Position numbers and translations under genes: made by a program
IMG/VR virus record: IMGVR_UViG_3300032320_001415
Span: 1 to 40,722 of that record
Source of the DNA: a virus
Taxonomy: Duplodnaviria; Caudoviricetes
Length of the DNA stretch: 40,722 nucleotides
Direction: 5' to 3' (one strand)
In this document: piece by piece, positions 9,121 to 18,637 of the stretch
How positions within the stretch are numbered: position 1 is the stretch's first letter
Layout of the letters: every line of letters starts with the position of its first letter
The notes under the pieces: generated by a model
Databases searched by the model: none
What the model was told of the DNA's origin: nothing
What the model saw: the letters and a program-made list of their open reading frames with translations, nothing else

Positions 9121-10675
9121 CCTCTGCACCGCCGGCCAGGCGAAGTACGACCGCGTCGTGTCGTTCTTCGAGAAGCTCTTGCGGCACAGCAAGGGCCAGA
9201 CTGCCGGGCAGGCGTTCAAGCTGCTGGAGTGGCAGCACAAAGTGCTACGCGAGCTGTTCGGCCGAGTCACTCCCGATGGAGTGCGGCAGCGGCGTATCGG
9301 GTACATCGAACTGCCAAAGAAGCAAGGCAAAAGCACGACGCTCGCTGGGCTGGCGTTGTATCTGACCGGGTTCGACTCAGAGCCAGGTGCCGAGGTTTAC
9401 GGTGCCGCGTGTGACCGCGAGCAGGCAGGCATCATCTACCGCGAAGCTGCCAGCATGGTCCGTGCTTCGCCTGGTTTGTCAAAGCACTTTGAGGTGATCG
9501 ACTCGCGAAAGACTATCGTCCACCGGGCGAGCAACTCGTTCTACCGCGTCCTGTCCGCTGATGCGTTCCGTGCCGAGGGACTGAATATCCATGCCCTGCT
9601 TTTCGACGAGCTTCACGCCCAACGCGACCGCCGTCTCTGGGATGCCCTGCGGTACGGCGGTGCCGCCCGTCGGCAGCCGCTCATTCTGTCGATCACGACC
9701 GCAGGCTATGACCGTCGGTCAATCTGCTGGGAGCAGCATCAGTACGCCGAGAAGTGCATCGCTGATCCGAAGTTCGACCCGGCCTTCTACGGCTGCATCT
9801 TCGCGGCTCCGCAGGAGTGCGGCGTCGATGGGACGTGGAAGGAAGAAAAGACGTGGCGGGCCGCCAATCCGAGCCTCGGCGAGACGATCACGCTTGAGTC
9901 GTTCAAGGCCGACGCCCGCGAAGCAGAGCAGTCGCCGACGAAGCTCAACTCGTTCCTCCGCTACCGGCTCAACGTCTGGACGACGCAGGATACGCGGTGG
10001 ATTTCACCGTCTGCGTGGGGAGCGTGTGCCAGCCCGCTGCGACCGTTCGGCGACCGTCCCGTCTACGCCGGGCTCGACCTTGCCAGCACGTATGACCTTT
10101 CGGCGCTTGTGCTCTTCTGCCCTGACCCTGCGGACAACTCGTGCGACGTGCTGCCGTTCTTTTGGATACCAGAGGCGAACGCCGTCGAGCGTGCCCAGCG
10201 TGACAAGGTGGACTACCTCGGCTGGATTCGTGACGGGCATATCCGCGTGACCGACGGCAACGTCACCGACTACACGGTGATGCACCGGGACATCACGGAA
10301 ATCTGCCGGCAATACAACGTCCGTGGCGTGGCTGTAGACATGAAGTTCAACGCCCAGATGCTCGCCAACTTGCTGCAAGGGGACGGGCTCGCCGTGGCAG
10401 GATGGCCACAGGGCGGTCCCGGTATGTCCGCTCCCGCGAGGACGCTCGAGAACCTGATCCTGCAAGGTCGCCTGCGGCACGCCGGGCATCCGGTGCTGAC
10501 CTGGAACGCTGGCAACGCAGCCATCCACGAAGACAGGCGAGGCAACATTTTCCCGAGCAAGCAGGCCAGCACGGAGCGAATTGACGGCATCGTGGCGCTG
10601 TGCCAAGGGCTCGGAATGTGGATGAGGTCGGAGCAGAGCAACGCCAACGCCGCCCCGGAAATCTTCTTCATATGA
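9056..10675 (+). CDS. terL: Terminase large subunit
   Basis: Walker A PKKQGKST, Walker B LLFDELH, ITTAG, GLDLA nuclease motif, RIDGIVA; true start uncertain. Confidence 0.95.
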   Translation: MVAKKTSPRTRSKNSSASTARDLCTAGQAKYDRVVSFFEKLLRHSKGQTAGQAFKLLEWQHKVLRELFGRVTPDGVRQRRIGYIELPKKQGKSTTLAGLALYLTGFDSEPGAEVYGAACDREQAGIIYREAASMVRASPGLSKHFEVIDSRKTIVHRASNSFYRVLSADAFRAEGLNIHALLFDELHAQRDRRLWDALRYGGAARRQPLILSITTAGYDRRSICWEQHQYAEKCIADPKFDPAFYGCIFAAPQECGVDGTWKEEKTWRAANPSLGETITLESFKADAREAEQSPTKLNSFLRYRLNVWTTQDTRWISPSAWGACASPLRPFGDRPVYAGLDLASTYDLSALVLFCPDPADNSCDVLPFFWIPEANAVERAQRDKVDYLGWIRDGHIRVTDGNVTDYTVMHRDITEICRQYNVRGVAVDMKFNAQMLANLLQGDGLAVAGWPQGGPGMSAPARTLENLILQGRLRHAGHPVLTWNAGNAAIHEDRRGNIFPSKQASTERIDGIVALCQGLGMWMRSEQSNANAAPEIFFI

Positions 10676-12795
10676 TCGCCCCCAGCGAACACCGCATCCT
10701 CTGGCTCCCCGGCGAAAAGCGCTCGTGGGATGACGATGGCGGCGGTCGTTCGCAGGCCGGCGTGCGAATCACGCCAGAGAATGCGACCTCGGTCGCGGCG
10801 GTGTTTTCGTGCCTGCGGATTTTGGCCGAGACGGTGGCTGGCCTTCCGCTCCACCTGCTCGAGCGGACGCCTGGCGGCGGCAAGCGACTCGCCCGCGAGC
10901 TGCCGCTGTATCGCAAGCTGCACTCCCAGCCAAACGCATGGCAGACGAGCTTCGAATGGCGTGAGCAGATGGTGATGCACGTCGGCCTGTGGGGCGACGC
11001 CGAGAGTGAACTTGTGCCAGGGCAGTCAGGAGCGATCGACCAGATCGTGCCGCTGCACCCGAGCCGGATGAAGACCGAGACCCTTGAGAACGGCCGGCTG
11101 CGGTACACGTACCGCGAGGCGAAGGGCAAGCAGACGATCTACACCGACGAGCAGATCCTGCACGTCCGCGGCCCAAGCGACGACGGCGTGCATGGCATCT
11201 CGGTGGTGGAGGAGTGCCGCGACGCGATTGCCCTGGCTCGTGCGTGCGAAATCCACGGGGCGAGATTCTTCGGTGCCGGTGCACGGCCGGGATTCATTCT
11301 CTCGACGGACAACCAACTCAACGCCGATGCTCGTCGCGAGCTTGCAGAGAACTGGAACCGCAAGCACCGCGGCTCGTACAACGCTCACGAGACGGCCGTC
11401 CTCACGGGCGGGCTGAAGCCATACGAGGTGCCATACGCCAGCAACACCGACTCGCAGTATCTGGAGCTGCGGGAGTACCAGCTGCGCGAGATCGCCAGGC
11501 TGTTCCGCATCCCTGGCTATCTGCTGGGGATTGAGCCGGGTACGCCGCAGGCCGAGATTCAATTCGTCACGCACACGATCATGCCGTGGCTGCGACGTCT
11601 CGAGTCGGCATTCATGCGTGACCTCATCGTCGACGACGAGCGGTATCTGGTCGAGTTCGACGTGCGGGGGCTCTTGCGTGGCGATGCCGCCAGCCGGTCG
11701 GCGTACTACCGTGCGATGTGGGACATCGGCGTCGTGTCGACCAACGACATCAGGGCGAGCGAGAATCTTGACCCGGTCGATGGCGGCGACGAGCGGTATC
11801 GGCCGCTGAACATGGGGACGCTTGGGGCACCGCCGTCTGTTGGCGACGTGCTCGCCCAGCAGCAGCCCGGCAGCGGCATCGACGGCCAGGCGGTTGAGGG
11901 CGGCATCGCTGCGGCAGAGCAAGGCCAGCCAGCGACTCCCCAGGTCGCAGACGTGTCGCTCAACGGTGCACAGATCACGGGGCTGCTCTCGATCCTGCAG
12001 GCTGTCGCCACAGGTGTCCTCACTCGGGCCGGTGCCGGTGCGACGATTGCGGCAGCCTTCCCGTCGATCAGCCAGCCGCAGATCGACGCGATTCTCGCGG
12101 GCGTGCCGGATCAGCCTGTGCAGCCTGCGGCACCTGTCCCCGCCCCGGCTGCTGTGCCGACGCGCTCGCTGGCCGAGCTGCGGGCGATGACCGTCAGCAT
12201 CGACTTCGATCGAACATTCGCCGCAGATCCGCAGCTGTGGGGCGAGTTCGCCCGCAAGGCGGTCGCGGACGGTAATCGTGTGGTGATGATTTCTCGCAGG
12301 CCAGAGTCAGATCGAGAGGAGGTGATCTCATCTCTCGGCGACTACGCCGAGTCGTTCTCCGACGTGCTGCTCGTGGGTGGTGACACGCTCAAGGCTGACG
12401 CCGCCCAGGCGGCTGGGATCAGCGTGGACGTGTGGGTGGATGACTCGCCGCAGTTCATCCGGGGCGAGCAGCGTGCCCAGCCGGGCACCGTGTCGGAAGG
12501 TGACTTCGTGTCGTGGGATTCTTCGGGCGGCCGTGCTCGCGGGCGGATTGACCATGTGATGGATTACGGCACGCTCGACATCCCAGGCACTGACTTCAAG
12601 ATTGACGCTACGAAAGAAGATCCTGCCGCCCTCATCACGCTCTACGAAGAAGTTACTGGCGGTTGGCAGGCGACCGAGACGCAAGTCGGGCACAAGGTGG
12701 CGACGCTCACGAAGATCGAGCCGCTGCCCGAGCCGCCGCCGGTCGAGGAGAACGCCTACGGCAAGCCCAAGCGGAAGGGGCGGAAGCGTGGCTAG
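10672..12795 (+). CDS. HK97-family portal protein with C-terminal HAD-like and Tudor/SH3-like domains
   Basis: Portal motifs AVFSCLRILAETVAGLP, EIARLFRIP, FDVRGLLRGD; then SIDFDRT...ISRR...WVDD (from ~12187) and EGDFVSWDSSGGRARGRI (from ~12490). Confidence 0.9.
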   Translation: MIAPSEHRILWLPGEKRSWDDDGGGRSQAGVRITPENATSVAAVFSCLRILAETVAGLPLHLLERTPGGGKRLARELPLYRKLHSQPNAWQTSFEWREQMVMHVGLWGDAESELVPGQSGAIDQIVPLHPSRMKTETLENGRLRYTYREAKGKQTIYTDEQILHVRGPSDDGVHGISVVEECRDAIALARACEIHGARFFGAGARPGFILSTDNQLNADARRELAENWNRKHRGSYNAHETAVLTGGLKPYEVPYASNTDSQYLELREYQLREIARLFRIPGYLLGIEPGTPQAEIQFVTHTIMPWLRRLESAFMRDLIVDDERYLVEFDVRGLLRGDAASRSAYYRAMWDIGVVSTNDIRASENLDPVDGGDERYRPLNMGTLGAPPSVGDVLAQQQPGSGIDGQAVEGGIAAAEQGQPATPQVADVSLNGAQITGLLSILQAVATGVLTRAGAGATIAAAFPSISQPQIDAILAGVPDQPVQPAAPVPAPAAVPTRSLAELRAMTVSIDFDRTFAADPQLWGEFARKAVADGNRVVMISRRPESDREEVISSLGDYAESFSDVLLVGGDTLKADAAQAAGISVDVWVDDSPQFIRGEQRAQPGTVSEGDFVSWDSSGGRARGRIDHVMDYGTLDIPGTDFKIDATKEDPAALITLYEEVTGGWQATETQVGHKVATLTKIEPLPEPPPVEENAYGKPKRKGRKRG

Positions 12796-13063
12796 GTACG
12801 ACCACATCGACTTCAAGCCGCCCGCGGGCGTGCGTGAAGAGGCGGCGAAGGGGCTGGCATGGCGAAGCGAATACGGCCGCGGCGGCACGGCAGTCGGCGT
12901 GGCTCGCGGACGCGATCTCTCCAACGGCGTGAAAATCAGCCCCGAGACCGCTCGGCGCATGAAGGCGTATTTTGACCGGCACGAGATCGACAAGCAAGGA
13001 AAGGGCTATCGCCCAGGCGAGGACGGCTTTCCATCAGCCGGCCGCATCGCCTGGGCGCTTTAG
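12788..13063 (+). CDS. Head-module domain (PP..VREEA.KGL...RMKAYF.RH...AGRIAWAL) in frame with the protease, interrupted by one TAG
   Basis: GTG 12788; ends RIAWAL* and the same frame resumes with LWGGDPG. Confidence 0.7.
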   Translation: MARYDHIDFKPPAGVREEAAKGLAWRSEYGRGGTAVGVARGRDLSNGVKISPETARRMKAYFDRHEIDKQGKGYRPGEDGFPSAGRIAWAL

Positions 13064-13144
13064 CTTTGGGGCGGCGACCCCGGTCAAGATTGGGCGAACA
13101 AGTTGGTGAAACAAATGGACGCAGCTGACCAGGAGGGCCGCAGC

Positions 13145-13798
13145 ATGAACATCGAGCGTCGAACACTTGCGATCGACGAGGTGGAGTCTTCCGTTCCACT
13201 GCTTGCTATTGAAAGCCGCAGCGAGGATGGCGGCGACAGGGAGTGGATCGTCGGCTATGCGGCGAAGTTCGGGGTGAACTCGCTCGACCTCGGCGACTTC
13301 GTTGAACGAATTGACCCTGGTGCTTTCGACATCGTGGCAGAGCGGCGTGGCCGCAAGAAGCCGCTCGAGACTCGCGCCCTGTGGAACCACGACGCGAACT
13401 ATCCGCTCGCTCGGTATCCCGGCACGCTCAAGCTCAACGTAGACGAGGTCGGGCTGCGGTATGAGTTCCCTGTGCCCGACACTTCCTACGGGCGTGATCT
13501 GGCCGCGAACATCAGATCAGGCATCGTGCGTGGCTCGTCATTCAGCTTCACGGTTCCGAGCGGTGGAGATGCGTGGACGACTGAGAACGGCCGAAGCCTC
13601 AGAGTCATCAGCCGTATCGACTCGCTCCTAGATGTTTCGCCAACTACGTTTCCTGCCTACCCAGATACGGATGTGAAGGTAGCCCAGCGGTCTTTCGACG
13701 CCTTCCGCAGCCAGCGTGACGCCGACTCGTCTCGGCTCTTGGCGGTGCAGGCACGGGCCGCAGACCTCCGCGAGTACCTCCGCAGGCATGGCCGCTAG
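13145..13798 (+). CDS. HK97-type prohead protease
   Basis: GYAAKF, FVERIDPGAF, ALWNHD, GSSFSF, DVSPTTFPAY. Confidence 0.93.
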   Translation: MNIERRTLAIDEVESSVPLLAIESRSEDGGDREWIVGYAAKFGVNSLDLGDFVERIDPGAFDIVAERRGRKKPLETRALWNHDANYPLARYPGTLKLNVDEVGLRYEFPVPDTSYGRDLAANIRSGIVRGSSFSFTVPSGGDAWTTENGRSLRVISRIDSLLDVSPTTFPAYPDTDVKVAQRSFDAFRSQRDADSSRLLAVQARAADLREYLRRHGR

Positions 13799-13958
13799 AA
13801 CGAACGACCCATGCAGTTGCCGCCGCGGCAGGCTGGAAATCGCCAGTAGCCAGCGGCACGGCGACTATCAGGTGCGGTACCTGCGGTGCCGCGCCTGCGG
13901 CTGCACGGATAAGCACGTGCTCCACGCGGTCGAGGTCCGTCGGCTGAAGGGTGGCTGA
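13788..13958 (+). CDS. Small zinc-finger protein (Ogr/Delta-like)
   Basis: CSC...RYLRCRACG, 56 aa, between protease and capsid. Confidence 0.55.
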   Translation: MAARTNDPCSCRRGRLEIASSQRHGDYQVRYLRCRACGCTDKHVLHAVEVRRLKGG

Positions 13959-14064
13959 TTCGTTTACTCTCGACGCCCTTTCACTGCAAGGGTCGCGGGG
14001 TCTCTCCTTAGTTTTGAGTGTGCGGGCGGCAAGCGTCGCCCATCCCGTACACAGGAGTCTTCGC

Positions 14065-15423
14065 ATGGACAAGCTCAAGAAGCTGCTCGACGAACTCGCC
14101 GCGGTGGTTGCCGAGATGGAAGCGACTTCGGAGATGCCCTCCGAAGGTGACGCTCCCGCGATGAGTGCCGAGCAGGAGGCGTCCCTCCGCTCGCTCGAGA
14201 CCCGCGCCGCTGGCCTCCGCGAGCAGATCGAGCTGCTGCAGCGGATCGAGGCGAAGCAAGTCGAACTGCGTGCCGTTCTGGAGCGTGCCGCTCCCGCCAA
14301 GACGGTCGAGAAGACCGAAGCCCCCGAGACCAAGGAGTCCGCCGTGGAAGCCAGACACTACGCCGTCCCCCGTGCGACCGGCAAGCTCAAGGGCTTCGTC
14401 GGCCCCAACGCCGAAGAGCGTGCCTACCGTGCCGGAATGCACCTCAAGGGCTTTGTGCTCGGTGACGAGGAGGCTCGTCGGTGGTGCCGCGATCACGGCG
14501 TCGAGAGCCGTGCCCAGGCCGGCGGCATCAACTCGCTCGGCGGCGTGCTCGTGAGCGAGGAGCTGTCGAGCGAGATCATCCGGCTCGTCGAGGAGTTTGG
14601 CGTGGTGCCGTCGGAGTTCCGCCGCGTCTCGATGAACACGGACAGCATTCTGGTCGCCCGTCGCACCGGCGGCCTGTCGGCTCGGCCGATTGGCGAGAAC
14701 GCTGCTCCGACGACCAGCGACGTGACGTTCGACAACGTCAACCTCGTGGCGAAGCTGTGGGGCATCGACAACCGCGTGCCCAACAGCCTGCTCGAAGACT
14801 CCGTCGTGGACCTGGCCGACGCGATGGCAGTCGAGGTGGCACAGTCGTTCGCGGAAGCCTTCGACAACGCGGGCCTCATCGGTGACGGCGGAAGCACGTA
14901 TCACGGAACGACGGGCGTGGCGACTGCCATCAACGATGGCACGCACACCGCGGGCGTGGTGACGGCGACCAGCCGCACGACGTTCGACGCCCTGACGCTG
15001 ACCGACTTCACGAACCTCGTGGCTCGGCTTCCGCTGTTCGCTCGGCGGTCGGCGAAGTTCTACATCAGCCCGGCCGGGTACGGCTCGTCGATGCTGCGGC
15101 TCATGGTTGCCAACGCCGGCAACAATGCCTCGGACATCGCTGGCGGTGCGAACCTCCAGTTCCTCGGATTCCCGGTGGTGCTCTGCCACCCGCTTCAGTC
15201 GGCCCTCACCGGCACGACCGGCACGGTGGCTTGCCTCTTCGGTGATATGAGCCAGGCGGCGACCTACGGCGAGCGGCGTGCGGTCACGATCAAGACCGAC
15301 GGCAGCCGCTTCATCGAGTTCGACCAGACGCTGACCTTCGCGACTGCTCGCGTGGCGATCGTCGCCCACGACCTCGGCTCCACCACCAAGGCCGGCCCGG
15401 TGGTCGCCCTCAAGTTCGGCTGA
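14065..15423 (+). CDS. Major capsid protein, HK97 fold, with N-terminal coiled-coil scaffold domain
   Basis: RBS AGGAG; helical N-terminus; GGVLV.EE...II, LLEDS, LGFPV, LFGD. Confidence 0.93.
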   Translation: MDKLKKLLDELAAVVAEMEATSEMPSEGDAPAMSAEQEASLRSLETRAAGLREQIELLQRIEAKQVELRAVLERAAPAKTVEKTEAPETKESAVEARHYAVPRATGKLKGFVGPNAEERAYRAGMHLKGFVLGDEEARRWCRDHGVESRAQAGGINSLGGVLVSEELSSEIIRLVEEFGVVPSEFRRVSMNTDSILVARRTGGLSARPIGENAAPTTSDVTFDNVNLVAKLWGIDNRVPNSLLEDSVVDLADAMAVEVAQSFAEAFDNAGLIGDGGSTYHGTTGVATAINDGTHTAGVVTATSRTTFDALTLTDFTNLVARLPLFARRSAKFYISPAGYGSSMLRLMVANAGNNASDIAGGANLQFLGFPVVLCHPLQSALTGTTGTVACLFGDMSQAATYGERRAVTIKTDGSRFIEFDQTLTFATARVAIVAHDLGSTTKAGPVVALKFG

Positions 15424-15451
15424 GAACACCCCTCCTAGGAGAATCTGATCC

Positions 15452-15892
15452 ATGATTCATCTTTCTGCTACCAAGTCCGCGGCGGCCGGCAAGGGCGCTG
15501 TCTACACGTCCTCGCAGACCGCGACCCTGACGCTCGATACGGTCGGCTACGACTACGCCTCCATCGACGTGATCGCCGGCCCTGCGGCGTCGACGTCGAG
15601 CGTGTTCCAGACGCTGACGCTGACGGAGTCGGATGCCAGCACCGGCACGTACTCCACCGTCTCGGGTTTCGCGGTCGACCTCAAGCCGGCGGCCTACGCC
15701 GGCCAGACCGTGACGGACACGATGACCGTCTCGCGGCTGGACATCGACCTCCGCGGCAAGAAGCGCTACCTCCAGGTCAAGGCCAGCCCCAACACCGACA
15801 CGGTGATCGTGGTGGCCGCTCGCCTGGGCTTGGGCGAGGCTGGCCCGGTCGACGCGACCGGCAAGGGCGTGAAGGTCTCGGTCGAGTCCTGA
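15452..15892 (+). CDS. Putative capsid decoration protein
   Basis: Directly after MCP with RBS AGGAG; beta-rich, ending KRYLQV. Confidence 0.6.
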   Translation: MIHLSATKSAAAGKGAVYTSSQTATLTLDTVGYDYASIDVIAGPAASTSSVFQTLTLTESDASTGTYSTVSGFAVDLKPAAYAGQTVTDTMTVSRLDIDLRGKKRYLQVKASPNTDTVIVVAARLGLGEAGPVDATGKGVKVSVES

Positions 15893-15916
15893 TCGCTTGA
15901 CACTATCGTCATTCTG

Positions 15917-15958
15917 GACGGCTGGCAGGGAGCAATCCCCGCCAGCCGTCTCCTTTTT
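15917..15958 (+). terminator. Rho-independent terminator after capsid genes
   Basis: GACGGCTGGC-AGGGA-gcaa-TCCCC-GCCAGCCGTC stem-loop followed by TCCTTTTT. Confidence 0.8.
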
Positions 15959-15972
15959 CACGAGGTACCAGA

Positions 15973-16710
15973 ATGATCGTCAAGGTGGGGAACACAGAGG
16001 CAGACATTTCCGTCGAGGCGGTGCTGTCGATGCCGCGGTTGAGCTTTACCGCCAACCACTTCGCATGGGCTCAGGCACTCATGCCGCTCGGCATTCGGCC
16101 GACGATGGGCACTGGTGCGTTCTGGTCGCAGGTGAATAGCAGGATCTTTGAGCAGTTCATCGACAAGTGCCAGTTCATACTCTGCATAGATTACGACACA
16201 TTCTTCTGTAGGGCCGACGTTGAGCACCTCTTCACGATGGCGCTCACGTTCCAGTGCGACGCACTGACCGGGCTGCAGACCAAGCGTGAAGACGGCCGGC
16301 CGATGCTCACGCTCAAGGGCACGCTCGACAATCCTCCCGCGACCGGCAGCACGACGGTGCCCGCCAGTTGGTTCGGAGAGCCCGTGCAGGAGGTGGACTC
16401 CGCACATTTCGGCCTGACGGTGCTGTCGACGGCGGCGCTGAAGCGGTGCAAGAAGCCGTGGTTCTGGTCGCGTCCCTCCGAGGACGGCACCTGGAACGAC
16501 GGTCGCCTCGATGACGACATCTACTTCTGGAGAAATTGGCGCGAGAGCGGGAACCGCGTGTTCGTGACGCCGCGAGTGATTCTCGGCCACGGCGAATACG
16601 TCGTGACGTGGCCCGGCAAGGATCTCAGCTCGCCTGTGTTCCAGTGGACGACGGAGTTCACGAGCAAGCTGAAAGCCCCCGACACTGCATGGAGCGTGCC
16701 CCAATCGTGA
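15973..16710 (+). CDS. GT-A fold glycosyltransferase-like protein
   Basis: ILCIDYDT DxD motif, AHFGLT, KPWF, DDIYFW, ILGH. Confidence 0.7.
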   Translation: MIVKVGNTEADISVEAVLSMPRLSFTANHFAWAQALMPLGIRPTMGTGAFWSQVNSRIFEQFIDKCQFILCIDYDTFFCRADVEHLFTMALTFQCDALTGLQTKREDGRPMLTLKGTLDNPPATGSTTVPASWFGEPVQEVDSAHFGLTVLSTAALKRCKKPWFWSRPSEDGTWNDGRLDDDIYFWRNWRESGNRVFVTPRVILGHGEYVVTWPGKDLSSPVFQWTTEFTSKLKAPDTAWSVPQS

Positions 16711-16961
16711 AAATCAAGTTTCTGAAGAACTATTCGACTTACCGGCCGGGCGACGTTGTCGATTGCGACGAGGCAGTGGCTCGTCGGCTCATCGCCGATG
16801 GCACCGCCGTAGCGGATCGGCAGGCCGACCTGATTGAGACGGCGGCACTTGAGCCTGGCGGCGAGTCTGCGGACCTGACTCCGCGGCGGCGGGGGCGACC
16901 TCCCAAGGAGCGACACGTTGAGCTACCGCAGCATCAGGACGGTCACGCAGCCGATAGTTGA
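16707..16961 (+). CDS. Small head-associated protein
   Basis: KIKFLK....PGDVV......RRLIADG motif; basic C-terminal RRRGRP. Confidence 0.65.
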   Translation: MKIKFLKNYSTYRPGDVVDCDEAVARRLIADGTAVADRQADLIETAALEPGGESADLTPRRRGRPPKERHVELPQHQDGHAADS

Positions 16962-17517
16962 GCCTGTCTCGCTAGCCGAGGCGAAGGTTCACTGCCGGGT
17001 CGACTCCACGACCGACGACGCCTACATCGCGTCGCTGGTCACAGCGGCCCGCGAGTGGGTCGAGGCGTACATGGACGAGTCGCTCGTCCACCAGCAGCTG
17101 ACCATGAAGATGGACGGGTTTCCCGTCGAGATCGAGCTGCCGCGTCCGCCGATGGCAACTGCCGGCACGACGACTGCCGTCACGGTCACGTACACGCTCG
17201 ACGAGACAGGCACGACGGCAACGCTGTCCTCGACGCAGTACCGCGTGGACCGCGACAGCACGCCGGGCGTGATCCGCACCAACTACGGTGGGGCGTGGCC
17301 TGGGCACATCATGGATTACAACGCCGTCACCGTGACGTGGTGGGCTGGGCGCGGCTCGTCTGGAAACGAAGTTCCGCAGGGCGTCCGCAACGCCATCCTG
17401 ATGCTTGTCGGGCACTGGTACGAGCGTCGGCTGGCGGCTGATGCCGGGGCGTTGAATGAGATCCCATTCGGTGCGAAGGCGCTGCTGGACGCTCAACGCT
17501 GGGGATCGTACAGATGA
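16918..17517 (+). CDS. Head-tail connector (HK97 gp6-like)
   Basis: EPVSLAEAKVHCRVD...DD..I; AILMLVGHWYERR. Confidence 0.9.
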   Translation: MSYRSIRTVTQPIVEPVSLAEAKVHCRVDSTTDDAYIASLVTAAREWVEAYMDESLVHQQLTMKMDGFPVEIELPRPPMATAGTTTAVTVTYTLDETGTTATLSSTQYRVDRDSTPGVIRTNYGGAWPGHIMDYNAVTVTWWAGRGSSGNEVPQGVRNAILMLVGHWYERRLAADAGALNEIPFGAKALLDAQRWGSYR

Positions 17518-17831
17518 TTGACCCTGGCAAGCTCCGCGAGCGGGTCACGGTGCAGGTCGCCAGTGGCACGACCAATGCCCTCGGCGAGACGGTGCTGACG
17601 TGGTCCGACTCGTCCGCCGTCTGGGCGAGCGTGGAGGGCGTGTCGGCACGCGAGCAGATCACGGCAGGGCAGAGCCAGACGGCGATCAGCCATCGCGTGC
17701 GGCTGCGGTATCTGCCCGGCCTGACGCAGTCGCATCGCTTCTCGTGGCGGTCCCGCACGCTGGAGATTGTCAGCCTGCTCGAGCACGGCAACCGCAGTGA
17801 GCACGAGGCCATCTGCCAGGAGAACACCTAG
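17514..17831 (+). CDS. Head-tail adaptor/closure protein (SPP1 gp16-like)
   Basis: GKLRERVTVQ, VWASVE, RLRY. Confidence 0.9.
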   Translation: MIDPGKLRERVTVQVASGTTNALGETVLTWSDSSAVWASVEGVSAREQITAGQSQTAISHRVRLRYLPGLTQSHRFSWRSRTLEIVSLLEHGNRSEHEAICQENT

Positions 17832-18635
17832 ATGGCGACAGCCGGCATCGTCATCTCGGCCGACTTTCCCGACCTCAAGCGGGTCGGGGACGCTATCCGC
17901 GGGCTAGGCGACACGAACTTCACTGCACAATCGCTGAAGGAAGCACTGGAAAAAGCCATCTACCCGGCGTATCTGCGGCTGCGTGAGCTGTCACCTGTCG
18001 GGCCTACCGGCAATCTGAAGGCCGCGGCCTCGCACTTGGTGAAGGCGTACCCGCGTGATGGTGCCGCCGTCGGCCTGATTGGCTATCGCCGGGCCAACAG
18101 GCAGGACTCTCGCAGCGCCGCCGGCGGCAAGGTCCGTGTCTCTAGTGCGTCTGTCGGTGACCGTGCGAACCACCAGTGGCTCGTCGAGTACGGCACGCGG
18201 CAGCGTGTGGTCGGCAAGTTTTCAAACAAGCCTTACCAGCGGAAAAGCCCGGCGGTGCCGTTCGTGCGAACCCGCATGGGCCGGCAAGAGACGGTTCGCG
18301 GCAAGGGCGTCGTCCACGAGGTCAAGAAGGGGCAGAACGCCTACATCGCGTCGAGCTTCAAGAGCCTCGGGCCATTCGACCTGATTCGCCAGCGAAACGG
18401 CCGCGTCGAGACTGACCCGCCCTATCCGGGGGCTTTTTTCCGCAAGTCGAAAACGCCCATCGTGATCGCACCGACGCCCGTCGGCGGTCGTGCAGGACGC
18501 CCGCCGGTTCGCACTGCTTTTGAGCAGTCGCAGAGCCAGGTGGCGTCGATCTTGCAGCAGGAGCTGCGAATCAGCCTGGAGCGAGCACTGAGCACGCTCA
18601 CGTTCCGCGGCGAAGGCACCCTCTCTGGAGTCTGA
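17832..18635 (+). CDS. HK97 gp10-like neck protein with insertions
   Basis: PVGPTGNLK, WLVEYGT; canonical position. Confidence 0.7.
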   Translation: MATAGIVISADFPDLKRVGDAIRGLGDTNFTAQSLKEALEKAIYPAYLRLRELSPVGPTGNLKAAASHLVKAYPRDGAAVGLIGYRRANRQDSRSAAGGKVRVSSASVGDRANHQWLVEYGTRQRVVGKFSNKPYQRKSPAVPFVRTRMGRQETVRGKGVVHEVKKGQNAYIASSFKSLGPFDLIRQRNGRVETDPPYPGAFFRKSKTPIVIAPTPVGGRAGRPPVRTAFEQSQSQVASILQQELRISLERALSTLTFRGEGTLSGV

Positions 18636-18637
18636 CG

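Noticed and set aside
13061-13063. Genome-wide TAG recoding
   Set aside because: Many genes end cleanly at TAG with the next gene starting just after (for example 3947, 6125, 8185, 17831), and long genes contain no internal TAG
14008-15453. 481-aa minus-strand ORF and similar long antisense ORFs
   Set aside because: Shadow ORFs of GC-rich coding genes such as the capsid; no motifs or RBS
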